Assembly (NCBI GenBank): GCA_964609495.1
Contig: CAZSTA010000012.1
Span: forward strand, 1-35,352
From: an uncultured bacterium
GTDB lineage: Bacteria > CAZSTA01
Direction of reading: 5' to 3'
Length of the DNA: 35,352 nucleotides
Part shown: one piece after another, positions 19,923-29,231 of the stretch
How positions within the stretch are numbered: the stretch's first letter is position 1
Layout: the number at the start of each line of letters is the position of its first letter
Position numbers and translations under genes: made by a program
The notes under the pieces: model-generated
Told to the model about the DNA's origin: nothing
The model's database searches: none
What the model saw: only the letters and a program-made list of their open reading frames with translations

Positions 19923-22091
19923 TTATAAGCTCTTAACCTCAGCTATTAACTTGACCTTCCATTCCTCTTGAGGGGCTAAGTCGAACTTCCAATGAGGCAG
20001 GACGATCGATGATTGATAGACCCTTTCGAATCCTCCCTCCGATTGAGAAACTGTCTCCAGAGGAAGACGCCACAGATTGGCTGGCTTATCTACCCGAAGC
20101 GAAATATCGACCTTCAACCATTCATCGCGCAAGCCCACTAGCGTTACATTTTTATTCTCTCCTAGGCTGGCTAAATTTCGCTCCTCACCTAACTCGTCTC
20201 CCTCCAGATAATAATATCTATCGTCTGCGTAACCAGCCAGTAACGAGAAGTTAAATTCCGATCCGAACCATAGCTCGACTCTACTATCACTTAAATTAGC
20301 TACTGTATAATCGGTTTCAATGGTAGATTTACCCTTATTTATCCTAAATTTCTTCTCTATCCTAATCGGGATAGATACGCCCTCAACCCAAACTTGACCT
20401 CTCCGAGCAAGCGTTATGATTAAGGTTTCTTCCTCCTGCTTGAACTCGGATTCATAAAGTTGATTTACGAAATCTCCTTGTTCCCCATAGGAACACCTCT
20501 TGAACTTGTCTATATCGGTATCGGGATGAAGGAAATGATCGAGGAAACAGACCCTTCGATACCAATCATAACTCAGATAGTTCTCCAATCCCTCTTCCTT
20601 GACCCTCACGATCTCGTGAATAGTCTTTACCTCCCCAGCCTCCTCATCACTTAACTGAGCCTCATTCTTACGAGATTCTACCAATTCCCATATCTTCTGA
20701 TGATAAGCCTCCGGCCTCCGAGCTATCGTATCTATCACGTTAATCGCTCTGGGCTTATAATCCCATTCCAACAGAGAACCGCCATAAGCAGGAGCAAGAT
20801 AAAGATTCATAAGATCATTATTTACCACTATCTCCTCGTTTCCATCATAATCTATATCGAAGCTTGAGACCTCAAGCCAACTATCCTCATCCTTAAAAGC
20901 CCTATCTGCGACATCTTCAGCTCGAATCAAGTGATGATATACAGCATATCTGAGAAAGTTGAGATAAAGACCTCCAAAGACCCCATGCCAATAGGCACAG
21001 TTGCATTGCCCTTTCCAAAGTTCATCCTGAGCCTTAGCGATGATCTCATCCTCAGTGGCGACCAATTTCGCTACTTTATCACTCACATATAGCATCTTCT
21101 TGTGGATATTATTGCCCTCTGGATACTTGGCTAGATAATTTCGCCAGAATCCTCCCCTTATGAATTGCCCGTATTCCTCCATCTTGCCAGCATCCTCAAC
21201 CATCTCGACTAACTTCTCATATCTCAATATCGACTCTGCGGGAAGCGCCCATTCCATCATCTCCACATAGGAAGCAGTGGGTAAATATATTCGTCCTATC
21301 GGCTTATAGTTATCTATATACTCCGAGAAAGTTACCACCTTGATCCAATCGCTATTTTCCTCCAACAGCGTAAAGAACTTCTCAAGCCACCCCTCCACGA
21401 AAACCGTCTGGTGTGTCCCTGGCCAAACTCCGAACTTTTCTCCATCATCAGCCATAGTGGAGAGTTTATCGCCCTCGGCATCCGCTATGCTCTCTAAATA
21501 TTCTATCGTTCTCTCAGGAGGCTTGAAGGGGATCAGATAGCGAAGGAGCTTGCTGATAGGGAATATCTTCAAGGGATACCCTTGCTCCTCGGTCAGATAA
21601 TATCCCAGCATATCCTGATCCTTCAATCCTACACTGCGAAAGTGCGAATCATCCACTACCAGATATTCCACTCCTGCCTCGTTAACCGGCTTGGATAGAT
21701 GCGGCTCCCAAACCCTCTCTGCTAACCACATCCCTCGTGGTGTATAGTCAAAATAATCCTTGATAAAATTGGTCAGTCTATTCAACTGTCCTAATTTATC
21801 CCTATCGGGAATGATCGGCAAGATCGGCTCGTAATATGCACCCGTCATCAACTCGATCTGCCCTCTATCAACTAACTTCTTGATCTTCTCAAGGACCTCT
21901 GGATATTTATCCATAAACCAGTCGATAAGAACCCCGGTATAATGTAAAGTCATCTTTATCTGAGGATGTTTCTCAATCACCTCGAGCAGTGGTAGATAGG
22001 CATCTTTATAAGCCGTATCGAAGACATAATCGAGATTTCCTATCGGCTGATGGCTATGCAATCCAAAGGTAAAATTTATCCTTCTTTTCAC
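19923..22091 (-). CDS. GH57 alpha-amylase / 4-alpha-glucanotransferase
   Basis: HSHQP, WLAERVWEP (nucleophile Glu), DDGEKFGVWPGT (acid/base Asp), YWHGVFGGLY, C-terminal SQSEGGFERVYQ. Confidence 0.93.
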   Translation of the reverse strand: MKRRINFTFGLHSHQPIGNLDYVFDTAYKDAYLPLLEVIEKHPQIKMTLHYTGVLIDWFMDKYPEVLEKIKKLVDRGQIELMTGAYYEPILPIIPDRDKLGQLNRLTNFIKDYFDYTPRGMWLAERVWEPHLSKPVNEAGVEYLVVDDSHFRSVGLKDQDMLGYYLTEEQGYPLKIFPISKLLRYLIPFKPPERTIEYLESIADAEGDKLSTMADDGEKFGVWPGTHQTVFVEGWLEKFFTLLEENSDWIKVVTFSEYIDNYKPIGRIYLPTASYVEMMEWALPAESILRYEKLVEMVEDAGKMEEYGQFIRGGFWRNYLAKYPEGNNIHKKMLYVSDKVAKLVATEDEIIAKAQDELWKGQCNCAYWHGVFGGLYLNFLRYAVYHHLIRAEDVADRAFKDEDSWLEVSSFDIDYDGNEEIVVNNDLMNLYLAPAYGGSLLEWDYKPRAINVIDTIARRPEAYHQKIWELVESRKNEAQLSDEEAGEVKTIHEIVRVKEEGLENYLSYDWYRRVCFLDHFLHPDTDIDKFKRCSYGEQGDFVNQLYESEFKQEEETLIITLARRGQVWVEGVSIPIRIEKKFRINKGKSTIETDYTVANLSDSRVELWFGSEFNFSLLAGYADDRYYYLEGDELGEERNLASLGENKNVTLVGLRDEWLKVDISLRVDKPANLWRLPLETVSQSEGGFERVYQSSIVLPHWKFDLAPQEEWKVKLIAEVKSL

Positions 22092-22207
22092 TAGAACCTC
22101 CTCAGAAGTGCGGTCTCAAGATAACCAATTATATCATAAATTCACTTAAAAAGCTAGAGGATCAGAGATACTTACACTACAAACAGCTTCGGAAAATTGC
22201 TCTGTCT

Positions 22208-22235
22208 ATTATACCATAAATAAATAGGTTGTCAA
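22208..22235 (-). promoter_or_regulatory. sigma70-type promoter for the GH57/glycolysis cluster
   Basis: Minus strand TTGACA-16 nt-TATAAT with extended -10 TG. Confidence 0.7.
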
Positions 22236-22251
22236 GTCAAGTGAGTAAATC

Positions 22252-24687
22252 TTATCCCCCTGTAAAATCCTTCCACCTCTGCGCCATCTCCTGCAACCTC
22301 TTATCCACCAAATAGTTAATAGTTCCTTCCTCAAAGGTCCCGTCCTTCCTTCGCTCTCCTGCCTTCAATCCTGTTAGAATCTCTATCCCCTCATCTATCG
22401 TTTTTATCGGATATATATGAAACTTGCTCTCTTTAACTGCTTTTATCACCTCTCTATTGAGCATCAAGTTCTCGATGTTCTGATAAGGGATTGCAACCCC
22501 CTGCGTCCCGGTTAATTCTTTAGCTTTGCACACCTCATAGAATCCCTCTATCTTCTCGTTCACTCCACCGATGGGCTGTATCTCCCCCTTCTGGTTGATA
22601 GACCCAGTAACCGCGATATCCTGTCGCAAAGGAAGTTCGGCTAGGTCTGAAAGAATAGCATAGACCTCAGTTGAGGAAGCGCTATCTCCCTCCACTCCGC
22701 CATAGGACTGCTCGAAGCAGATACTAGCATTCATAGATAGAGGTTTATCGCGCGTATACTTTCCGCTCAAATATCCAGTTAGGATGGATACCCCTTTATC
22801 ATACGTCATTCCACTTAAACCCGCCTCTCGTTCGATGTTGACCACCCCTTCGCTTCCCAACGAAGTCTCGGCGGTGATTCGCGAGGGCTTTCCAAAGGCA
22901 TAATTTCCCATCGCATAGACCGATAGACCATTAACCTGCCCTATCGTTACTCCCTCCGTATTCAAAAGGATGGTGCCCTCCTCGATCATCTCCTGTAGCT
23001 TATCTTTTATCAAACTCTCCCGCTCGATCCAAGAAGATATCGCTCTATCAACATGCCGGTGATTCACCTTATCACTATTATCCATATCCGCCCAGTAGCT
23101 AGCCTCCCTCACCAGATCAACGATAATGTTAAATCTCGTGGAGAGCTTATTCTGTCTTCCCGCCAATCTAACCCCGAACTCAACTATGGCAGACACGCCA
23201 GTCTTATCGAATGGCTTCAACTCATCTTCACTGCATATCTTACGGATAAGGGAGGCATACTGATGTATCGTCTCAGCTTCCTTAGACATCACCACATCGA
23301 AATCCGCTCTTATCTTGAATACCTTCCGAAAATCATTGTCACTAATGGATAACAATTCATATAAAAGCGCACTTCCAATCATCACTACTTTGATCTTCAC
23401 TTCGATAGGTTCTGGTTTCAGAGCAGAGGTGGTGAAGAGATAGAGCGGGTCATATCTTTGAACCTCGACGATCTCGTTCCTAAGAGTCCTCTTCAAAGCT
23501 GGCCATACTCCGGGCTCCATCATTACATCTTGAGCATTGAGCACCAGATACCCCCCATTAGCCCTTAGAATGGAACCAGCCTTTATCTTAGTGAAATCGG
23601 TCCTCCACACTCCCCCTTTATCCATAACCCGCTCGATAGTGCCGAAGAGGTTATTGTAAGAAGGATGTATCTCGATGATTATCGGAGCTCCCTCGGTTTC
23701 GGAATTATCGACTATGACGTTGACTCTGTATTCGAGGAACGGATCTGGCTGTCCCGAAAGAGGTTTACCCCCCGGAGGTGGAGCTTCTTCTCCCTCTTTC
23801 ACTCTGAATCTATCGAGGTTCTCCACTATGCTTTTCTGAACCTCTTTTAAATAGTTAAGCACATCCTTGCTCTTATATTTAACCTCGATCTCGGAGATAG
23901 CTTCGGTTACCAAAGGCATAATTACCTCGTTATCCAATTCGCGTAACGCTTGGCTTAAAGCTTTATCTATATCCCTCGACTTTCGAAAGGCTTCCTCCAT
24001 ATCCTGAGTAAGCGCGGTATATTTATCCTTGAGTTGTCGGTAATCCTCTTGAGGAAACTTGTCTAACTGAGCTAAGGAACCAAGCTGATCTATGCTAACC
24101 GGTTTCCCTTCGATTAAGGGAGCGATATCGGGTTTGGTGAAAGGACCCATTTTGATCTGGATCAAGGTGAAATTATCCTGAGCTAACTCCCCTTCAAACT
24201 CCCTGATTATGCTCTTCTGCCTCTCCCCGAAGTTGTTAATTATCTCCTTCCGCCTGATCTGGTAATTTTCGCTCTCGAACACAGCCGGGATATCCCTCCT
24301 AAGGGAGTCTACGAGCCTCTCCATATCACTCTTGAACTCTCTTCCCCTCCCCGCGAGTAAGCTTATAACCCGAGGCATATCCGGATTTTTGAAATTATTA
24401 ACATAACATTTGTCGTCAGGGGTCTCTTTCTTCCTCTCCTTAAGCTCCTTCAAGAGGTATTTAATAGTAGTGGTTCTTCCAGTTCCAGCTAGCCCAGTCG
24501 CGAAGATGTTGTATCCTTTGCTTTTGATATTCAATCCCATCTGGATCGCTTTGACCGCTCTTTCCTGCCCAATTATCTTCTCACAGACTTCGATATCATC
24601 AGTCGTCTCAAAGCCCAAACTATCAGGATCGCATCTCCATCTTAACTTCTCAACGGTAACTTCTTCAAACTCGGTTTTCTTAATCAT
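22252..24687 (-). CDS. Lon-like S16 protease, LonC-type (AAA-like domain with coiled-coil insertion)
   Basis: IIGQERA, GLAGTGRTT, ANGGYL, catalytic GDSAS and IGGVNEKIEGF. Confidence 0.9.
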   Translation of the reverse strand: MIKKTEFEEVTVEKLRWRCDPDSLGFETTDDIEVCEKIIGQERAVKAIQMGLNIKSKGYNIFATGLAGTGRTTTIKYLLKELKERKKETPDDKCYVNNFKNPDMPRVISLLAGRGREFKSDMERLVDSLRRDIPAVFESENYQIRRKEIINNFGERQKSIIREFEGELAQDNFTLIQIKMGPFTKPDIAPLIEGKPVSIDQLGSLAQLDKFPQEDYRQLKDKYTALTQDMEEAFRKSRDIDKALSQALRELDNEVIMPLVTEAISEIEVKYKSKDVLNYLKEVQKSIVENLDRFRVKEGEEAPPPGGKPLSGQPDPFLEYRVNVIVDNSETEGAPIIIEIHPSYNNLFGTIERVMDKGGVWRTDFTKIKAGSILRANGGYLVLNAQDVMMEPGVWPALKRTLRNEIVEVQRYDPLYLFTTSALKPEPIEVKIKVVMIGSALLYELLSISDNDFRKVFKIRADFDVVMSKEAETIHQYASLIRKICSEDELKPFDKTGVSAIVEFGVRLAGRQNKLSTRFNIIVDLVREASYWADMDNSDKVNHRHVDRAISSWIERESLIKDKLQEMIEEGTILLNTEGVTIGQVNGLSVYAMGNYAFGKPSRITAETSLGSEGVVNIEREAGLSGMTYDKGVSILTGYLSGKYTRDKPLSMNASICFEQSYGGVEGDSASSTEVYAILSDLAELPLRQDIAVTGSINQKGEIQPIGGVNEKIEGFYEVCKAKELTGTQGVAIPYQNIENLMLNREVIKAVKESKFHIYPIKTIDEGIEILTGLKAGERRKDGTFEEGTINYLVDKRLQEMAQRWKDFTGG

Positions 24688-24705
24688 ATAACCCCTCCCT
24701 AAATC

Positions 24706-24747
24706 AAAAAAAGCGAGGGCTATTTATAGAAAATGCCCTCAGCTTTT
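24706..24747 (-). terminator. Probable intrinsic terminator after the pspC pair
   Basis: Minus strand AAAAGCTGAGGGC-loop-GCCCTCGC followed by TTTTTTT. Confidence 0.6.
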
Positions 24748-24769
24748 ATCCCATATTTGATTGGAGTTC

Positions 24770-24997
24770 TCAACTCCCCTCAATATTAGCAGAACCAGTA
24801 TCACTCTCCGATGCCTCCGGTATCACTATCGCGGCTATTATATATAAAATAACGCCGCCTATTATGCCCAGAGGAAAACTGAAGATAACCCATAGTAGCC
24901 TTATTATGGTAGGATCTACCTTCGAATACTCTCCTATTCCTCCACATACGCCGGCTATCATTCTCTCCTTCTTGGAGCGATAGAGTCTCTTCTCCAT
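24770..24997 (-). CDS. pspC: PspC domain protein
   Basis: LYRSKKERMIAGVCGGIGEY...DPTIIRL...YIIAAIVIPE. Confidence 0.92.
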   Translation of the reverse strand: MEKRLYRSKKERMIAGVCGGIGEYSKVDPTIIRLLWVIFSFPLGIIGGVILYIIAAIVIPEASESDTGSANIEGS

Positions 24998-25189
24998 AAT
25001 TTCTTCCTCCTACTGAAATATAGATCCCTCAACGCTACTCCGAACTTTCAGGNNNNNNNNNNNNNNNNNNNNNNNNNNNNNNNNNNNNNNNNNNNNNNNN
25101 NNNNNNNNNNNNNNNNNNNNNNNNNNNNNNNNNNNNNNNNNNNNNNNNNNNNAATTTCTTCCTCCTACTGAAATATAGATCCCTCAACG

Positions 25190-25393
25190 CTACTCCGAAC
25201 TTTCAGGCTCCGGACTTTCAGGGATGACTATCCAAGCGATTATGTAGGCTATTACTCCCGCCCCCCAAGCTAGAGAGATCAGGACCCATCCCAATCTAAC
25301 CCAAGTGGGATCGATATTGAAATACTCGGCAAATCCTCCGCATACTCCACCTATAATTCTATTCTTTTTAGAACGATATATCTTCTTTTCCAT
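25190..25393 (-). CDS. pspC: PspC domain protein
   Basis: IYRSKKNRIIGGVCGGFAEYFNIDPTWVRL...YIIAWIVIPE. Confidence 0.92.
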   Translation of the reverse strand: MEKKIYRSKKNRIIGGVCGGFAEYFNIDPTWVRLGWVLISLAWGAGVIAYIIAWIVIPESPEPESSE

Positions 25394-25552
25394 CTCGTTT
25401 GCTACCTCCTATAGTAAATTTGATGATACTCTTATATTGTAATATGGAGGATTCCACATTTTTGTTTCACTCATATCGAGTTCTCTTACTTCCTCTATCG
25501 CTTCTTCTCATTTTTACTGTTCCCAATGAAGCTAGCTCATTTTGATACAGAT

Positions 25553-25990
25553 TCAACCGAGAGGGGAACTATGATTAGTAGCAAATATCGTTAATACCCA
25601 TATTGCCCCTATTCCTCCCAGGCTCCCTAAACTATTCATTACAATATCAATCAACTCCAGATGACGAGAGGGGATAAGATATTGATATATCTCACTTGCT
25701 AGGGAGATCACAATAGCTATGAGAACTGCTTTTATCGCAAGTACTCGCTCGAAGGAATTGCCTTCCTTATTTGAGGGAGAGAAAGCTTTATATAGAAGGA
25801 TACTCAAGATGGCAAAAAATAGAAAATGAGCTACATTACGCACACTTAAATAGCTCCCTAGAAGACTATTAACCTCTTTAATTGGGAATGATGGTCTGCT
25901 GGAGAAGTAAAAGAGGGCAATTGTCCAGAGAAGGGCTAAGATGCGATATAAAGTTGGGGAGCATCCCCTTATAAATCTGCTTAAGCTCAC
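25553..25990 (-). CDS. VanZ-like membrane protein
   Basis: LFYFSSRP, AHFLFFAIL, SEIYQYLIPSR, DIVMNSLG. Confidence 0.85.
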   Translation of the reverse strand: MSLSRFIRGCSPTLYRILALLWTIALFYFSSRPSFPIKEVNSLLGSYLSVRNVAHFLFFAILSILLYKAFSPSNKEGNSFERVLAIKAVLIAIVISLASEIYQYLIPSRHLELIDIVMNSLGSLGGIGAIWVLTIFATNHSSPLG

Positions 25991-26080
25991 TACCTTTCCT
26001 CTTTAACTTTAATCTTCGATCTCCAGTTGTTATACACTATATGCCAATCACTTCTCAAATGTATAACGCGATATCGGCTC

Positions 26081-26944
26081 CTATGTCCTTTCCTGCGGAA
26101 AGATCGGATCGAGACCTTCGGTTTGTTTGGCTAACTGCTTAGCTTCCTCCTCGGAGAGTGGTTGAAACTTGTCAGCCGCGTCACATTCCCACCACAAAAA
26201 CTCGGCGTGACTGGGACTCACCGCCGCTGTGATCGGCTTTGAGAGGACGAATCGCAAAGCCAACAACGCTTCGTCAGGGCTTTCCACCGGCGCATACCAA
26301 CACTTGGGCCACTTCCGCTCTTCATCTTCCTTCCACTTTCTCTTAGCCAGCGCCTTCAACGCAAGTACCCCCGCACCCTTCTGCTGGGCTTTCTCCAACA
26401 CCCGGGGGCCAAAATTCCCCTGATGCCAGCATACCCAGTTGAAGGGGAAAAGGATACTGTCGAACTCGAAACGGTCCAACAGCGCCAGGGCTGCCTCCTC
26501 GGAGTGGGCGGAAAACCCAAGGTATCGCACTAATCCCTGTTCTCGAGCCTCTATAAAGGCTTCCATCGCGCCCCCCGCTCCCATAATCTGATCGACCTCT
26601 TCCAACATCGTCACCGAATGGAGCTGATACAGATCGAAATAGTCTGTGCGAAGATTCCGCAGGGATTGATGTAGCTCCGCTGTTGCTCCCTCCTTCGTGC
26701 GTTCCAAGGTCTTGCACGCGAGGAACACGGACTTCCGATAGGGCTCGAGGGCGGGCCCCAGACGCTCCTCCGCATTCCCATAGCTCGGGGCGACATCAAA
26801 GTAGCTGACGCCTCGATCTACCGCCTGGGCAACCAGACGGCTTGCCGAGGATGGCTCCTCATTCATAACTACGATGCCACCAAAACCGACCACCGAAAGC
26901 GCTTCACCGGTGTCGCCTAAAAGACGCTTTTCCATCATCTTCAC
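26081..26944 (-). CDS. Aldo/keto reductase family oxidoreductase
   Basis: LSVVGFGG, YFDVAPSYG, LRTDYFDLYQLH, YLGFSAH. Start may be an ATG 6-9 nt downstream. Confidence 0.9.
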   Translation of the reverse strand: MKMMEKRLLGDTGEALSVVGFGGIVVMNEEPSSASRLVAQAVDRGVSYFDVAPSYGNAEERLGPALEPYRKSVFLACKTLERTKEGATAELHQSLRNLRTDYFDLYQLHSVTMLEEVDQIMGAGGAMEAFIEAREQGLVRYLGFSAHSEEAALALLDRFEFDSILFPFNWVCWHQGNFGPRVLEKAQQKGAGVLALKALAKRKWKEDEERKWPKCWYAPVESPDEALLALRFVLSKPITAAVSPSHAEFLWWECDAADKFQPLSEEEAKQLAKQTEGLDPIFPQERT

Positions 26945-27102
26945 CTCTCAATATATGCTTATAAACACTCAACCTAACTTATAGGTGTCGTATCAGATCA
27001 GTAGTATTCTCAGCTACTTCAACCTTTGAGTTTTACATATTAAGTATTTCTAACACAACAACAGGCTCTTTTTAAAGAGCAAAGTGTATTGTATATAGTA
27101 TA

Positions 27103-27131
27103 AGTATAGGATAAACATATAAAATTGTCAA
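27103..27131 (-). promoter_or_regulatory. sigma70-type promoter for the aldo/keto reductase
   Basis: Minus strand TTGACA-17 nt-TATACT. Confidence 0.7.
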
Positions 27132-27166
27132 GTGTTTTTTTGGCTTTCCATAGGTGGATAAAAGAT

Positions 27167-27195
27167 TTGACTTTTTTAAGAAGAGATGTTATAAT
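27167..27195 (+). promoter_or_regulatory. sigma70-type promoter for marR-MATE
   Basis: TTGACT-17 nt-TATAAT with extended -10 TG. Confidence 0.8.
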
Positions 27196-27201
27196 ACAAG
27201 C

Positions 27202-27250
27202 AAATATTTTATATATAAAATATTTAAGTCTAATATTTTTATATATAAAA
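27202..27250. promoter_or_regulatory. Tandem palindromic operators, probable MarR binding sites
   Basis: Perfect 24-bp palindrome AAATATTTTATATATAAAATATTT (27202-27225); its core TTTTATATATAAAA recurs 30 bp downstream (27237-27250), between the -10 and the RBS. Confidence 0.7.
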
Positions 27251-27269
27251 GTTTTAGGAGGTTACTATT

Positions 27270-27731
27270 ATGGATGTCAAAGAGGAGAGGGAACTTGCTC
27301 TGGATGTTTGGTTCAAATTAATTAAGGCTTTCAAGATAATTCATCGGAAGACACAGCACGAATTATCGCTTAGTGGTTTAACAGGACCTCAGTTCGGGGT
27401 ATTAATGCGCTTAAACATCTACGGGGAACTTTGCTTGAATGAGATCAGCGATAAATTAAATGTTACTGAAGGTAATATAACCGGCATCATCGATAGGTTA
27501 GAGAGGGAAGGATATGTCTATCGAGAACGGGATAAGGATGATCGACGAGTAATCCATATCAAATTAACCCCTGAGGGAGAGCGGATATATAATGAAGCTT
27601 ACCCAGGTCATCAACGGCTTATAGAAGAGCTTATGAGTTGCTTAAGTGAAGAGGAACAAAAGCAATTATCCTATCTATTGAAAAAGCTAAGAAAGGGGAT
27701 TGAAGAAATTGGGAACAGCGGAGATCGCTGA
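27270..27731 (+). CDS. MarR family transcriptional regulator
   Basis: LTGPQFGVL, ITGIIDRLEREGYV, DDRRVIHIKLTPEG winged-helix motifs; RBS GGAGG. Confidence 0.93.
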   Translation: MDVKEERELALDVWFKLIKAFKIIHRKTQHELSLSGLTGPQFGVLMRLNIYGELCLNEISDKLNVTEGNITGIIDRLEREGYVYRERDKDDRRVIHIKLTPEGERIYNEAYPGHQRLIEELMSCLSEEEQKQLSYLLKKLRKGIEEIGNSGDR

Positions 27732-29085
27732 GACTGAGAAAAAGAGGACTATAAGTCCCCTAACAGAGGGAAGCATAGTTGGGAACATCTGGAAATTAGC
27801 ATTACCTATGATGTTTGGATATGCCTTACAGAATGTATTCAATATCGTTGATATGATCTTTGTGGGGAGGTTGGGACCGGCCGCCATCGCTAGTGTCTCA
27901 ATGAGTGGAATACTGATGGGATTCATCTTCATGATAGCGATAGGGATCTCCACTGGCACCATTGCGATGGTGTCGCGATTCGTTGGAGCCGGGAGGAAGG
28001 AGGAGGCGGGGAATGTAGTTATGCAATCCGTCTTCCTAGGAGTGATAAGTGCTGTTATCGTAGCTGTCTTGGGATATATCTTTGCTAGTTCTGTCCTAAA
28101 GTTACTAGGAGCTTCAGATGCTGTTGTTGATTTAGGAACATCCTACATTCGAGTGATGTCCATTGGAGCATTTACCATATTCTTTTCGTTCTTCTTGAAC
28201 TCCTCTTTGAGGGGAGCAGGAGATGCAATCACTCCAGCAAAGATTATGGCGCTTGCTACAGTGATAAATATCGGCTTAGACCCGATAATGATATTCGGTT
28301 TATTCGGTTTTCCTCGTATGGGGGTTGCGGGATCGGCTTTAGCAACTGTTATCGCGAGGGGAATTGGTGTAGTGATCATCTTCTGGATCTTCTTCAGTAA
28401 ACGATCTGTCATTCATCTCAGCCTGAAACATATCAAATTAGACCTCAACATTATAGGAAGGATAATCAGGATCGGAATATTCGGTTCTGTGGAAGGACTG
28501 ATAAGAAATATATCTGGCTTAGTTCTAATGCGAATCATCGCGTTTTTTGGGACAAATACAGTTGCGGCTTTTGGGATTGGGATGAGGCTTCAGATGCTCG
28601 CGATGATGCTCGGCTTCGGCTTCGCAAATGCGGCTGCGATCTTGGTAGGACAGAATCTAGGAGCAGAAAAGCCCAAACGAGCGGAGAAATCCGCTTGGCT
28701 TGCGGTAGGTTTCTACGAGATCCTCCTAGTTGTTATGGCAGTGATCTTCTTCACCTTTCCTAGGTATATAATCGGAATCTTCAATAATCATCCAGAGGTT
28801 ATAAATATAGGTTCGATCTATCTTCGCTTCTTTGCGGTTGCTTCGCTCTTTATAGGATTGTCGATAGTTTTGGGAAGGGCTTTGAGTGGCTCAGGAGATA
28901 CTGTATCTCCGATGTTCATCACTGGTATATCCCTTTTTGTATTCCAAATCCCGCTAGCGATATTACTATTGAAGCCCTACGGGATCATCGGGGTATGGGT
29001 GGCCACAGTTATCGCGGGCATAGTTCAAGGTTTGGTTACGGCTTTCTGGTTTAATAAAGGAAAGTGGAAATATAGAAAGGTTTAG
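27700..29085 (+). CDS. MATE family efflux transporter, copy 1
   Basis: LTEGSI, LALP, VDMIFVGRLG, LRGAGD, GLDP, GQNLGA. The start homologous to copy 2 is the TTG at 27709. Confidence 0.93.
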   Translation: MKKLGTAEIAETEKKRTISPLTEGSIVGNIWKLALPMMFGYALQNVFNIVDMIFVGRLGPAAIASVSMSGILMGFIFMIAIGISTGTIAMVSRFVGAGRKEEAGNVVMQSVFLGVISAVIVAVLGYIFASSVLKLLGASDAVVDLGTSYIRVMSIGAFTIFFSFFLNSSLRGAGDAITPAKIMALATVINIGLDPIMIFGLFGFPRMGVAGSALATVIARGIGVVIIFWIFFSKRSVIHLSLKHIKLDLNIIGRIIRIGIFGSVEGLIRNISGLVLMRIIAFFGTNTVAAFGIGMRLQMLAMMLGFGFANAAAILVGQNLGAEKPKRAEKSAWLAVGFYEILLVVMAVIFFTFPRYIIGIFNNHPEVINIGSIYLRFFAVASLFIGLSIVLGRALSGSGDTVSPMFITGISLFVFQIPLAILLLKPYGIIGVWVATVIAGIVQGLVTAFWFNKGKWKYRKV

Positions 29086-29113
29086 ACTAGAGATAAGTGA
29101 TGCGTGATAATCA

Positions 29114-29231
29114 AATGAAGTTCATCCAGGTTATCGAGAGTGCATAGAGGAGCTTATAAGCTGGTTAAGTGGAGAAGAACAAAAGCAATTATCCTATCTA
29201 TTGGAAAAGCTAAGAAAGGAGATCGAAGAAA
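29114..29231 (+). pseudogene. Duplicated 3' fragment of marR preceding MATE copy 2
   Basis: Colinear with 27591-27708; translates NEVHPGYRECIEELISWLSGEEQKQLSYLLEKLRKEIEE versus MarR NEAYPGHQRLIEELMSCLSEEEQKQLSYLLKKLRKGIEE; no in-frame start codon. Confidence 0.85.

Noticed and set aside
26026-26978. Integron cassette boundaries around the aldo/keto reductase (GTTAGGT upstream, GTTATAC/GTATAAC downstream)
   Set aside because: No complete attC with correctly ordered R''/R' boxes and no integrase; such 7-mers occur by chance.
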